From assembly GCA_018645065.1 (NCBI GenBank), contig JABGPF010000007.1:1-44615 (forward strand): 44,615 bases of DNA, in the 5' to 3' direction. How positions within the stretch are numbered: position 1 is the stretch's first letter; the number at the start of each line of letters is the position of its first letter. Below are positions 1 through 8,556 of this stretch, piece after piece. This DNA is from Phycisphaerales bacterium. Lineage in GTDB: Bacteria > Planctomycetota > Phycisphaerae > SM23-33. The notes under the pieces are model-generated. The model ran no database searches, was not told where the DNA came from, and was given only the letters and a program-made list of their open reading frames with translations. The position numbers and the translations under genes were made by a program.

Positions 1-2292
1 CTCCTGGCGGTCGAGGCAGGCGATGTGCCCGTGTGCTACGACTATCGGGAAGCACGGTTCGGCGACCACCGAGTCTTGCCCGGCCTGGATTATTTCTTTA
101 TTCGTCGGCGTGCTGAGCACGGTTGCGAACCCAAGCTGGTGTAACATTGTTCGCCAGAAGGGCAGTTGTCCGTGTGCGAACATCGCCATTGGTATTCCAA
201 CCGTTGGCGCCCCGGGTTTTGGGGCGGTGAGGTTCGATTCGTCCAGCAGCAGTTCGCCGCGAAACGCCATCAGGTCTTCGGTCACCGGTTCTTGCGGGCG
301 CTCGGCTCGCCTGCGGAAGCGTTCGGAGCATTTATCGCCCCAGTAAGTTTTGCTGCCCTCGACGTTGAATTCCTGGATCTGGCAGGAGTTCGAGCAGTGG
401 TTGCACGTGAACTCTCGCAGTGCGTAGTCTACTTTCGACATATCGTATCCGCGGAATTTCGAGACCGCTGTGTCGTCGGCGGCCTGCATCTTTTCACCGG
501 CGAGCAGTGCAGCCCCAATCGCTCCGATCACGCCGTTGTGGGGCGGTACGATTATCTGTTTCCCGGTGACTTGCGCGAAGGCGGCGGCCACTGCATCGTT
601 GTAAGCTGTTCCGCCCTGGAAGAAGATGCACTCACCGATCTTCCGCCCTCTGACCACTCGGTTAATGTAGTTGTAAACCACCGACGAGGCCAGGCCGGCG
701 ACTAGGTCAGCCTTGTCGGCTCCGTGCTGCATGTAGCTGTTTACGTCTCGCTCCATGAACACTGTGCACCGCTCGCCTAGCCTGATCGGAGCTTTACTTG
801 ACAGCGCCATTTGTGCGAACTGGTCCTTGATTGCGATGTCCAGTTCTTCGGCCCGTTCCTCCAGGAAGCTGCCTGTTCCCGCGGCGCAGGCTTCGTTCAT
901 CGTGAAGTCGACCACCACCCCGTCCTGCAGTGAGATGTACTTTGCATCCTGCCCGCCAATTTCGAATATCGTGTCGGGCATTTGTCCGTTCAGCATGGTT
1001 CGCCCCACGAACAGGGCTCCGGTTTTGTGTGCGGTTATTTCGTCGTTAACGGTGTCGGCTCCGACCAGTTCACCGATAAGTTCGCGTCCCGAGCCGGTTG
1101 TCCCCACTCCGCAGACTTTCAGCGAATCACCGAGCTGCGTTGCGATTTGGGTCAGCGCGCCTGCGACCACTTCTATGGGCCGGCCCATTGTTTTGGTGTA
1201 AATTTCGGTTATCACGGCTCCGGATTCGTCTACCACCACGACGTTGGTCGAAACGCTTCCGATATCGATTCCGATGTATGCGTTTACGACTCCCTCGGTG
1301 ATGCTGCCGGCTTCGGCCCGATCGCGGAGCAGCAGCACGTTTTCCATCGACAGCGGCGCGGTTGTGGGGAACTCCATGGCTCCGGTATCGCCCGATCGCT
1401 CGATTTCCGACAGCGTCGAGAGGTCCGGGGTCTTGGCGCCCAGGCGTTTGGCGGCGCATGCTGCGCCGATAGCCGGCATGTGCATGTGACCGGGCGGGAC
1501 AATGAGTTCATCGTCGCCCAGATCGAACGCCAGGCGAAGACTTTTCATCACAGCATCGTTGCACGCCACTCCGCCGATCATCGCCACCGGTGCAATAACC
1601 GGATGCGAGCGAACAACTGCGGCCCGGAAGTTTCGCGCCACCGCGTCGCAGAGCCCGCCCAGCACCTCGGCTGGGCAGTATCCTTTCTGCTGGGCGTGGA
1701 TCATGTCGGACTTGGCGAAAACGCTGCACCGACCAGCCACCTGTGCCGATCGCTCGGCGTTGGCGACGAGATCGGCGACGTCTTCGATAGCGTATTGCAG
1801 GCGTCCGGCCTGCTGGTCGAGGAAGCTGCCGGTACCGGCGGCGCAATCGCCGTTTGTGGCGTAGTCGATTATGCTGAGCGTCCCGTCGTCCTCGCGGGTC
1901 AGGCGGAGGTATTTGGAGGTCTCACCGCCCATTTCGAAAACGGTGCTGACTTGTGCGCCAATGGCGTGCAGCCCGGCTGCGATTGCCTGGAATTCGTTCA
2001 GGCTGTGCGTGTTGAACTTCTCCACCGCCAGCGACGACCCGCTGCCTGTCAGGCATATCGCGGTGATATCGTCTTGTTTGACAACGGTTAGTATTTCCTC
2101 GAGCAGTCGGCAGGCGGCCTGGAGCGGATGCCCGCGCGTTCGCCTGTACGGTGAGAGGTGCATCACGTCTTGCGGGTTGTTCGCCAATTGGCAGGGTTCC
2201 CATCCGTTCGGCGCGGCGCCGTTGGTGTTGCTGGTCATCAGGGCTGCGGTAACGCTCACCGCGCCAATGTCTATACCTATATAACAGCTCAT
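1..2292 (-). CDS. CoA-substrate-specific enzyme activase, BadF/BadG/BcrA/BcrD-type double ATPase fused to the start of a dehydratase-like domain. It is 3'-partial and runs off the left edge.
   Basis: The gene is absent from the ORF track because it has no stop codon in the window. My own minus-strand translation from the ATG at 2292-2290 gives MSCYIGIDIGAVSVTAAL... It shows two actin-like ATPase modules (IGIDIGAVS...FEMGGETSKY...GDCAAGTGSFLDQQ and IGIDIGSVSTNVVV...FEIGGQDAKY...NEACAAGTGSFLEE), then a Cys-rich linker (FTCNHCSNSCQIQEF..GDKCSERF). The frame stays open for 764 codons to position 1. Confidence 0.9.
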   Translation of the reverse strand, partial: MSCYIGIDIGAVSVTAALMTSNTNGAAPNGWEPCQLANNPQDVMHLSPYRRTRGHPLQAACRLLEEILTVVKQDDITAICLTGSGSSLAVEKFNTHSLNEFQAIAAGLHAIGAQVSTVFEMGGETSKYLRLTREDDGTLSIIDYATNGDCAAGTGSFLDQQAGRLQYAIEDVADLVANAERSAQVAGRCSVFAKSDMIHAQQKGYCPAEVLGGLCDAVARNFRAAVVRSHPVIAPVAMIGGVACNDAVMKSLRLAFDLGDDELIVPPGHMHMPAIGAACAAKRLGAKTPDLSTLSEIERSGDTGAMEFPTTAPLSMENVLLLRDRAEAGSITEGVVNAYIGIDIGSVSTNVVVVDESGAVITEIYTKTMGRPIEVVAGALTQIATQLGDSLKVCGVGTTGSGRELIGELVGADTVNDEITAHKTGALFVGRTMLNGQMPDTIFEIGGQDAKYISLQDGVVVDFTMNEACAAGTGSFLEERAEELDIAIKDQFAQMALSSKAPIRLGERCTVFMERDVNSYMQHGADKADLVAGLASSVVYNYINRVVRGRKIGECIFFQGGTAYNDAVAAAFAQVTGKQIIVPPHNGVIGAIGAALLAGEKMQAADDTAVSKFRGYDMSKVDYALREFTCNHCSNSCQIQEFNVEGSKTYWGDKCSERFRRRAERPQEPVTEDLMAFRGELLLDESNLTAPKPGAPTVGIPMAMFAHGQLPFWRTMLHQLGFATVLSTPTNKEIIQAGQDSVVAEPCFPIVVAHGHIACLDRQE

Positions 2293-2411
2293 TAATGCTA
2301 TCCTGAGGGTGTTGGGGCTCACTTACAAGCGGAATTCCCGCTAATTGTGCGGGCGATTTGTCCCAGTATAGACGTGCGAGGCGAGATGGGCAAAAAAAAA
2401 GGTCATGACGG

Positions 2412-2670
2412 ATTACTGGGGAGGGGATATATAAGGCTCAATATCCAACCGAACAATCCCGATGTACATCGGGATCCAATAACCAAGTGAACGTCAACGA
2501 CAACGGCGCGCTAAACCGCAAGCGGTTCTGATTCGCTATTGTGCGCAAGACGCGCACTAAAACCGCTTGCGGTGTCGCGCGCCGTTGTCGTTGTCGTTGA
2601 CGTTAACTTGGAACTTGGAAATTTCTTGCTGGATATTGGATATTCGCCTTATACATCTTTCCCCGGTAAT
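2412..2670. repeat. 259-bp imperfect palindromic element (MITE-like, or two head-to-head repeat copies)
   Basis: The left arm starting at 2412 aligns with the reverse complement of the right arm ending at 2670. Conserved blocks are ATTAC(T/C)GGGGA, TATAAGGC..AATATCCAA, CCAAGT(G/T)AACGTCAACGACAAC(GACAAC)GGCGCGC and ACCGCAAGCGGTT. The middle of the arms has diverged. Confidence 0.6.
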
Positions 2671-3104
2671 GCGTGCAAAAAAAAATGGCCACCGCTAGAT
2701 GCCGATGAAGGCTCGGGGAATAAAGAACCCATTATTTCAAGTGGGTTGCGCGTGAGACGCCTTAGCGTTTCGACCTTACATCCCTGATAATGGTTATCGG
2801 TTCTTTTCACACCGGCCGACTGTCGAACAACAGCAGAGGCCATAATTTCTTCTATTACATCCTACACTAGTATTATCGATTCTCAAAGCCAAAATCTTTA
2901 GGAAAAATCGTTTTCAAACATCGATTTTCCAAACCCGCCCGCACAACAAGCCGCACGAGATAAACTTGCGCACCGAAAACAAAATTACCAACAGTCGAAC
3001 TTTTTTCCCGATCATGGAACCGCGCTGTCCAAACATATAAAAAACTGTAACGCGTAAGTCGTCTGGGGCGTATACTCAGTGAGAATCTTACTCGGGAGAA
3101 CACC

Positions 3105-4118
3105 ATGAAAAAACGTATTGGCGTCAAATTAATTAGTGCATTGGGATGTGTGGCGGTTGTGGTCGTCATGTTGGCTGTAAACGCACAGGGCGAAGTCACC
3201 TCGAAGAATAACAGGCGTTTGAAAGCGGCGCTCAAACAATACCCCGCTGCCGACACCAACAAAGACGGCGTGCTGACGATGTCAGAAGCGCGGGCCTACA
3301 TGGCCAGGCAACTCGGCGGCGGAGGCAAGGATACCGAAAAACAGGCCGAGACTGTTACCAAAACAGATGCAGACGGGACTAAGATTATCACAAACGCCCA
3401 CTACGGTACGCATTCTCGCCAGGTGATGGACCTCTGGCTTCCGAAGTCGAAAAAACCGACCGCGATAGTCATGTACATTCACGGAGGCGGATTTGTGGGC
3501 GGTGATAAGTCGCACGGGCATCGCCAACCGATGAAAGCAAAATGTCTTGCCGCCAACGTCGCGTTTGCAACTATGAACTACCGGTTCAAAAAGCATGCGT
3601 CCTTCCCGGAGATCATGATGGACGGAGCTCGTGCGATTCAGTCGCTGCGGGCCAACGCCAAACAGTTGAATATCGATCCCAAGCGAATAGGCGTCTACGG
3701 ACATTCCGCCGGAGCCATAATGTCGCTCTGGTTGGGTTTCCACGCAGACGTCGGCCGCCGCAGCGCTCGGGGAATCGCGCGATATTCTTCAACCGTGCGA
3801 GTCGTCGGCGGACTTCTAACGCCTACAGGAACTGATTCGCTGGCGTTGCGATACGCCAGCCGAGGCGACGCGCCGGTGTTCCAGTACAACGAGATCCCGT
3901 TCAGCAAAATCAAAGATGTGCATCATCCCAAACACGCAATTGCGGTCAAAGCGAAATGCGACGCGCTGCGGATACCGTCGGTCCTGCTGCTCCGGGACGG
4001 CGCCAACTCGTTCACCGGCGACCCGGTGGCGGAGCAGGTGAAGTTCTTCTTCAAATACCTCGGCGTGGTTGACCCGGACGCCAAGAAAACCACCGACAAA
4101 AAACCCGCTAAAAAATAA
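3105..4118 (+). CDS. Secreted alpha/beta hydrolase (esterase/lipase-type, HGGG family) with an N-terminal EF-hand-like loop
   Basis: Signal-peptide-like N-terminus (MKKRIGVKLISALGCVAVVVVMLAVNAQG). Oxyanion motif IHGGGFVGG and nucleophile elbow GHSAGA. EF-hand-like loop DTNKDGVLTMSE. GGGAGA lies upstream of the ATG. Confidence 0.85.
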   Translation: MKKRIGVKLISALGCVAVVVVMLAVNAQGEVTSKNNRRLKAALKQYPAADTNKDGVLTMSEARAYMARQLGGGGKDTEKQAETVTKTDADGTKIITNAHYGTHSRQVMDLWLPKSKKPTAIVMYIHGGGFVGGDKSHGHRQPMKAKCLAANVAFATMNYRFKKHASFPEIMMDGARAIQSLRANAKQLNIDPKRIGVYGHSAGAIMSLWLGFHADVGRRSARGIARYSSTVRVVGGLLTPTGTDSLALRYASRGDAPVFQYNEIPFSKIKDVHHPKHAIAVKAKCDALRIPSVLLLRDGANSFTGDPVAEQVKFFFKYLGVVDPDAKKTTDKKPAKK

Positions 4119-4175
4119 CCGCACGTGCGATAGAATATCGTTCGGCGAACAGATCGTATTTAACGCTTCGCACTT

Positions 4176-4203
4176 CCGTTTAGCGGCGGGGCAACGCCCC
4201 GCG
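4176..4203. repeat. REP-like hairpin element (CCGTTTAGCGGCGGGGCAACGCCCCGCG), same family as the 36552 and 36656 copies
   Basis: It sits in a convergent intergenic gap. The stem is GCGGGGC/GCCCCGC with an AAC loop. It is near-identical to the element at 36552-36580 apart from a compensated stem change. Confidence 0.6.
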
Positions 4204-4217
4204 TTCACCGATGAGCG

Positions 4218-5156
4218 TCATCCGTTGGGTTTGGGAATTACGATAGTTGCGACCACCGCGCGATGATCTGACGGGTATGGGGTTACTACGACGTCGGCGT
4301 TTTCTTTGCTCTCGCCCACGATTTGCACATTTTTTACGCGAACATTTTTGCCCCGAAAATACACGAAATCTATTCTATCGTGATGATCCTTGGGGCTACT
4401 TGGCTTGGTTACCGGGGTCCAGGTGTAACCGGGCGTTTTCATTTCGTCGGGATGAATTGTTCGATATGCGTCGGCGAAACCCGCCTTGATCACCGATGAT
4501 GATGCGGGGTAGGCCACCTTGACCGGATGCCTGCCTGACTTGGCGGTCGCCGCGGTCCAATCCAAATGCGACGGCTCGTTGAAATCGCCCGTGATGAACA
4601 TTGGCGTATCCTTGTCGCCGACGGCTTGGATATCCTCAAGCAACGCAGCGGCTTGATCACCGCGGGCCTTGTTTGCCGCCGCGATCGCCTGGGCCTCGGT
4701 CTTGATAAACTTACCCTTTCCGTAGGGGATATTCAGCAGTTGATACGGCTGATACGGCGCCGGTCTGAAGTGGATATTGAAAAAGAACAGTTCCTGCCCC
4801 GAAGGCAAGCGCACCTTCACACCGTTCTTCTTTGCGGTGGTTTCCACGATCTTAAAGCGACTCAAAACCGCCACGCTTCGTTTTTGCTGAACGTGATGCC
4901 AACCGAGAATATCGGCGATGGCCTTGGCGTTTTTATGGCTTTCCTGGAGCCCGACGATATCGGCCCGGGCGGATTTAATTACCGCTGCGGTCTGCGATAG
5001 CGGTTGCTTGCCAGCCTTACCGTCGGCCCAGATATTGAACGTCATTATCCGAATCGAATCGGTTTTGGGAGCCTTCTTCTCTGAGCCTGTAAACTGCGCG
5101 CACACGCACGCCAGGATAGCTATTGTCGTCAAGGAGCCAAGTTTTTTCATGTTCAT
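4218..5156 (-). CDS. Secreted endonuclease/exonuclease/phosphatase (EEP) family protein
   Basis: Motifs: IRIMTFNIW, ADIVGLQE, ITGDFNEPSHLDW, SDHRAVVATI. I prefer the start at ATG 5156 (MNMKKLGSLTTIAILACVCAQF, signal-like) over the ORF-track start at 5237. That ATG overlaps the upstream gene's TGA as ATGA. Confidence 0.85.
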   Translation of the reverse strand: MNMKKLGSLTTIAILACVCAQFTGSEKKAPKTDSIRIMTFNIWADGKAGKQPLSQTAAVIKSARADIVGLQESHKNAKAIADILGWHHVQQKRSVAVLSRFKIVETTAKKNGVKVRLPSGQELFFFNIHFRPAPYQPYQLLNIPYGKGKFIKTEAQAIAAANKARGDQAAALLEDIQAVGDKDTPMFITGDFNEPSHLDWTAATAKSGRHPVKVAYPASSSVIKAGFADAYRTIHPDEMKTPGYTWTPVTKPSSPKDHHDRIDFVYFRGKNVRVKNVQIVGESKENADVVVTPYPSDHRAVVATIVIPKPNG

Positions 5157-8100
5157 TTTTTTCCTGTGTAGCACGAGACTGTTCCGTCTGTGGCGGCTAG
5201 GTAAATTCGTCCGTTGTCTGCGGCCAGTCCGTCCCATACGGGCGGGGCCGACACGGTGATTTTGCCCAGCGGTTTACCGTCGCTCGCCGAGATCGCACAA
5301 ATGCTTCCACCGCGTTTTCCTTCGATTGCCGCCCGCTGTTCTTCAAGCGCTTTGGGCGATTTAAGCGTGTAAGCATGCAGCCCTTTGGGCTCGGCTTGGG
5401 TGATAACGTTAGGCGGTCCGGCGATAAAGAGCGTTTTGTCGGCGGCTTGTCCGGTAAGAACCATGGCGCGCACCATTACATCGCTGCTGCAGGACCATTG
5501 GATTGCAACTTTCGGAGCCGCGCGGCGACGTTTCGTCTTGGGCTTGGGCGCCGGTTTGACGGTTTTTTTGAACCGATTGCATGCGAACAGTTTATACTTC
5601 GTTTTGCCCATTCCCACGTGCGCCCCGTCGCGATGGTATTGATTCAACCGTCCGTAGCCGTAGATGTTTTCCTTGTCGAGCACCAGCAGTCGCCCTGACG
5701 GTACGCGGTTACCCATTTGGGACCATCCGCCCCAGGTCGACAGCATTCTCGCGCCGACTTGCCAGTAGGTTCTGTGCCACCACTGGCCGTCGAGAAAACC
5801 AGCCGAGCTGTAAAGGTGCGTTGCTGGTGTTTTGATGGACGTTCCGTTCATATCGAAGCGCTTGTCTCGCATGAACACTGACTCACCGTCGCTCGACAGG
5901 ACGTCGGGCAGGGCTGCGGTTTCGACCGGTCCGGCCGACAACATTTTGCCCGTCTCCGCGTCGAGACGGTAGAGCGTAAGCCCGCCGTCGAGGAACGTCG
6001 ATCGCCCGGCGACGGCGTAGACCGCGCCCTTGGCGATCATCACGCTACCGCTTATCGGGCGAACCGATTCGAGCTGCCCGTACGATACTATGCGCTGATT
6101 GGAGCCGCCGGCGCTGAATCGCCACGCTAACTGCCCGTCGCTAACGCGCAGGCAGTAAATTCGCCCGTCGGCGCAGCCGAAGATCGCCCGATTGTTCCAG
6201 ATCGTCGGCGGTGAATCAATTCGCCCGCCTGCAACGAACTTCCATAACGACCGCCCGGTTTTCGCGTCCAGGCAGTGAACCGCATGTTCGTCAATCGCCG
6301 CGACGAACAGCTTACCGCTTGCTACGGTTACGGTGCTGAGTTTGCTGGCGATTTTCGTTGTCCACAGATTTGTAAGCTTGGGCGATACTGCCGATTTCGC
6401 CGACCCGCTGCGACTCACGTCGCCTCGATACGTAGCCCAGCCTGATTGCGTTTTGCTTGCTGAAACTTTCCCGAACGCCGGGCCTTTTTCCAGTTTCGGT
6501 TTGCTGTCTGTTTTGGGCTCTGAAGACGCTGGCGCCAGCACGTTGAAGTGGCTTAGCTTGTACTCGATATGACACGCACATGAGTGGGGCGGTATGTAGA
6601 CCAAACCGTTGCATGGCATCACGCCGTACTGGCAGGCTCCGCGTGTCCACGAGTTGCCCATGCCCTGGCCCGTGGCGATATTGATGAACTCGATCCCGTC
6701 TCGCCCGAGGACCAGATACTTGTCGGTCGCCTTGTTGCGATAGCAGCGGTGATGCACAGGCCCATATTTGAACTGCTCGGAGTCTTTGGGCCTGGTGCGT
6801 TTGATCTCGCCGGTGTTCGGATCGCGTCCTACGGTTATGCCCGGGTCGTTGCGTTGGACCATGTTACCGGTCCAGATAAGTCCGCCGGCTACGAGTACGT
6901 CCACCGGCGCGTTGTAAACTTCCTTCGCCGGCGCCTCCCAGATTTGCTTGCCTGTTTCGGCGGAGAAGGCGATGAGCTTGCCGACCGGAGCTATCCCGCC
7001 GACGGCCGTCACGGTCCATTGAACTTTTCGCTTGTTGTTGGGGTCGGGCTTGGGGGCGTTTTGGGACTTTTTGACCGCGGCGTTTCGATCGCCCGAGAGC
7101 ACCACGTCACCGTAGGCCACCAGCGTCGGGGCGGTCCAACTCGGTCGCATCGCAGCGCCAGGCCGCTTGGTCCGCCACAGCTCCTTGCCCGTCTTGGCGT
7201 TTACAGCGATTATGTGCGTGGGGCTCTGCATGAACGCCTTTTCGCCCCGAGCCGCCAGTGCGGTGGGGAGCATTTCGGCGGTGTCGGCGTCGTCCTTCTT
7301 CCAGAGCAGCTTTCCGGTTTTGGCGTTGACGGCTACCAGGTGCTTCTTCGGCGGGGTTTCCTTGTAGATCGCCCACCAATGCCACACATTCTTCGGTTCG
7401 ACCGGTATCAGCTTACCGTCAGTATGACCCGGCTCGCGGTCGCCCACCACCGCCAGCAGCACGCCTTCGTGACAGATGAACTCCATCGCGCCGGTGGTGT
7501 CCTTGTAAACCGTTTCGGTTTCGCCAGTGGCTGCGTTCAACGCGGTTATCGCTTTTCCGTAACCCAGCGTCACGTAAACCCGATCGCCGATGGCGACAAG
7601 GCGTCTGGCCAGTTCCGCCGGGCCCGTGCGAAACCCCCGCAGGTGTCCTTCCCACGGTCCGATGTCGCGCTTCCAGAGCAGCACGCCGTTAAACGCGTCG
7701 CGAGCGATAAGTTTCCATCGCGGTTTCATTGCGACGAACGCGGTGGGTCCTTCGTCGAGAATGTAGAACATTCGCCCGCCTGACGAGACCATCGCGCTGG
7801 TGGTTGAGAGGTGGTCGTGGCTTCGCGCCCATTGCGGTCCGCAGATCCACTGCACGCGGGTCGGCGGGCCTACAACGCTGTCTTTGGCGACGGCGTTATT
7901 GCTGGGCCCGTGCAGGTAGTGCGTCCATTCGTCGATAGTGTCCGGGCGGGGTTTTATCGTTTTGCTCCACTTGGCGCCGGATTTTACGTACGCTACGCCG
8001 TTGGGAGCCAGCACGCGCATCACTTCTTTTTGCGTAACTTCGCCCAGATCGGTGGAGACTATAAGGTTAACCATATTGTCGGCGTACGGCAGACCGGGCG

Positions 8101-8392
8101 AGTCGAGCTGTTCGACGCTGATCTTCCCGTAAACGCCCAGCGAGACGATATGCTTGCGGGCGGTGTCGATGTTTTGCGCGCTCGTGTCGAGCCCGTGGAC
8201 CAGGGTGTTGTCTGCGGCGCCAAGGGCGGCGGTGAGTTTCCCGTTGCCGCAACCGACGTGCACGACAAGCCCGCCGGTGAAGCCTGCGGCGTCGAGAATT
8301 TGTTTGGCTTCGGTCTCGGCCGCCTCAGCGCCGGAGCCCAGCGACGCCAGAATTACCAGAAGGCAAAATAACGATCGTTTAATTGTGTTCAT
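5153..8392 (-). CDS. Secreted protein with an N-terminal class-I methyltransferase-like domain fused to PQQ-like/BamB-like beta-propeller repeats
   Basis: Signal peptide MNTIKRSLFCLLVILASLGSGAEA (start ATG at 8392). Rossmann-type motif VVHVGCGNGKL...LDTS...YADNMVNLIV. Many PQQ-like repeat signatures, including VAVNAKTGKLLWKK, IIAVNAKTGKELWRT, IAFSAETGKQIWEA, CLDAKTGRSLWKF, CLRVSDGQLAWRF and LYRLDAETGKML. Confidence 0.85.
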   Translation of the reverse strand: MNTIKRSLFCLLVILASLGSGAEAAETEAKQILDAAGFTGGLVVHVGCGNGKLTAALGAADNTLVHGLDTSAQNIDTARKHIVSLGVYGKISVEQLDSPGLPYADNMVNLIVSTDLGEVTQKEVMRVLAPNGVAYVKSGAKWSKTIKPRPDTIDEWTHYLHGPSNNAVAKDSVVGPPTRVQWICGPQWARSHDHLSTTSAMVSSGGRMFYILDEGPTAFVAMKPRWKLIARDAFNGVLLWKRDIGPWEGHLRGFRTGPAELARRLVAIGDRVYVTLGYGKAITALNAATGETETVYKDTTGAMEFICHEGVLLAVVGDREPGHTDGKLIPVEPKNVWHWWAIYKETPPKKHLVAVNAKTGKLLWKKDDADTAEMLPTALAARGEKAFMQSPTHIIAVNAKTGKELWRTKRPGAAMRPSWTAPTLVAYGDVVLSGDRNAAVKKSQNAPKPDPNNKRKVQWTVTAVGGIAPVGKLIAFSAETGKQIWEAPAKEVYNAPVDVLVAGGLIWTGNMVQRNDPGITVGRDPNTGEIKRTRPKDSEQFKYGPVHHRCYRNKATDKYLVLGRDGIEFINIATGQGMGNSWTRGACQYGVMPCNGLVYIPPHSCACHIEYKLSHFNVLAPASSEPKTDSKPKLEKGPAFGKVSASKTQSGWATYRGDVSRSGSAKSAVSPKLTNLWTTKIASKLSTVTVASGKLFVAAIDEHAVHCLDAKTGRSLWKFVAGGRIDSPPTIWNNRAIFGCADGRIYCLRVSDGQLAWRFSAGGSNQRIVSYGQLESVRPISGSVMIAKGAVYAVAGRSTFLDGGLTLYRLDAETGKMLSAGPVETAALPDVLSSDGESVFMRDKRFDMNGTSIKTPATHLYSSAGFLDGQWWHRTYWQVGARMLSTWGGWSQMGNRVPSGRLLVLDKENIYGYGRLNQYHRDGAHVGMGKTKYKLFACNRFKKTVKPAPKPKTKRRRAAPKVAIQWSCSSDVMVRAMVLTGQAADKTLFIAGPPNVITQAEPKGLHAYTLKSPKALEEQRAAIEGKRGGSICAISASDGKPLGKITVSAPPVWDGLAADNGRIYLAATDGTVSCYTGKK

Positions 8393-8556
8393 GTGCGCTA
8401 TCCTTATTTGACATATGAGGTATGCCATTAAGTGTATTCATTGCCGCATTTTTGGCAACCGAATTGCCGATTCGGATTTGCTTTGATCGTTCGTGTTTGT
8501 CATAATCGAGGCTGTAGCGTTTCGGTGACGGCTGGGACGTTTGGGGATATTTCGGT

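Noticed and set aside
166-2284. Plus-strand ORFs from the track: 166-705, 755-1201, 982-2091 (369 aa) and 1871-2284
   Set aside because: They lie antisense to a minus-strand frame that carries unmistakable BcrA/BadF ATPase motifs over 764 codons. Their translations are Arg/Gly/Ala/Ser-rich low complexity with no recognisable motifs. These are typical high-GC shadow ORFs.
2539-2787. 82-aa plus-strand ORF inside the MITE-like palindrome
   Set aside because: It starts within the palindrome centre, lacks an RBS, and its sequence (VVVVVDVNLELGNF...) is dictated by the repeat arms. The region is more plausibly non-coding.
4176-4203. The REP-like hairpins (also 36552-36684) as canonical rho-independent terminators
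   Set aside because: The GC-rich stems are not followed by a T-tract on either strand, so I annotate them as structured repeats. A role in 3'-end stabilisation or termination remains possible but is unproven.
6584-7783. Plus-strand 399-aa ORF
   Set aside because: It is antisense to the PQQ-propeller gene, whose repeat signatures are unambiguous. Its translation is Gly/Arg/Val-rich and featureless.
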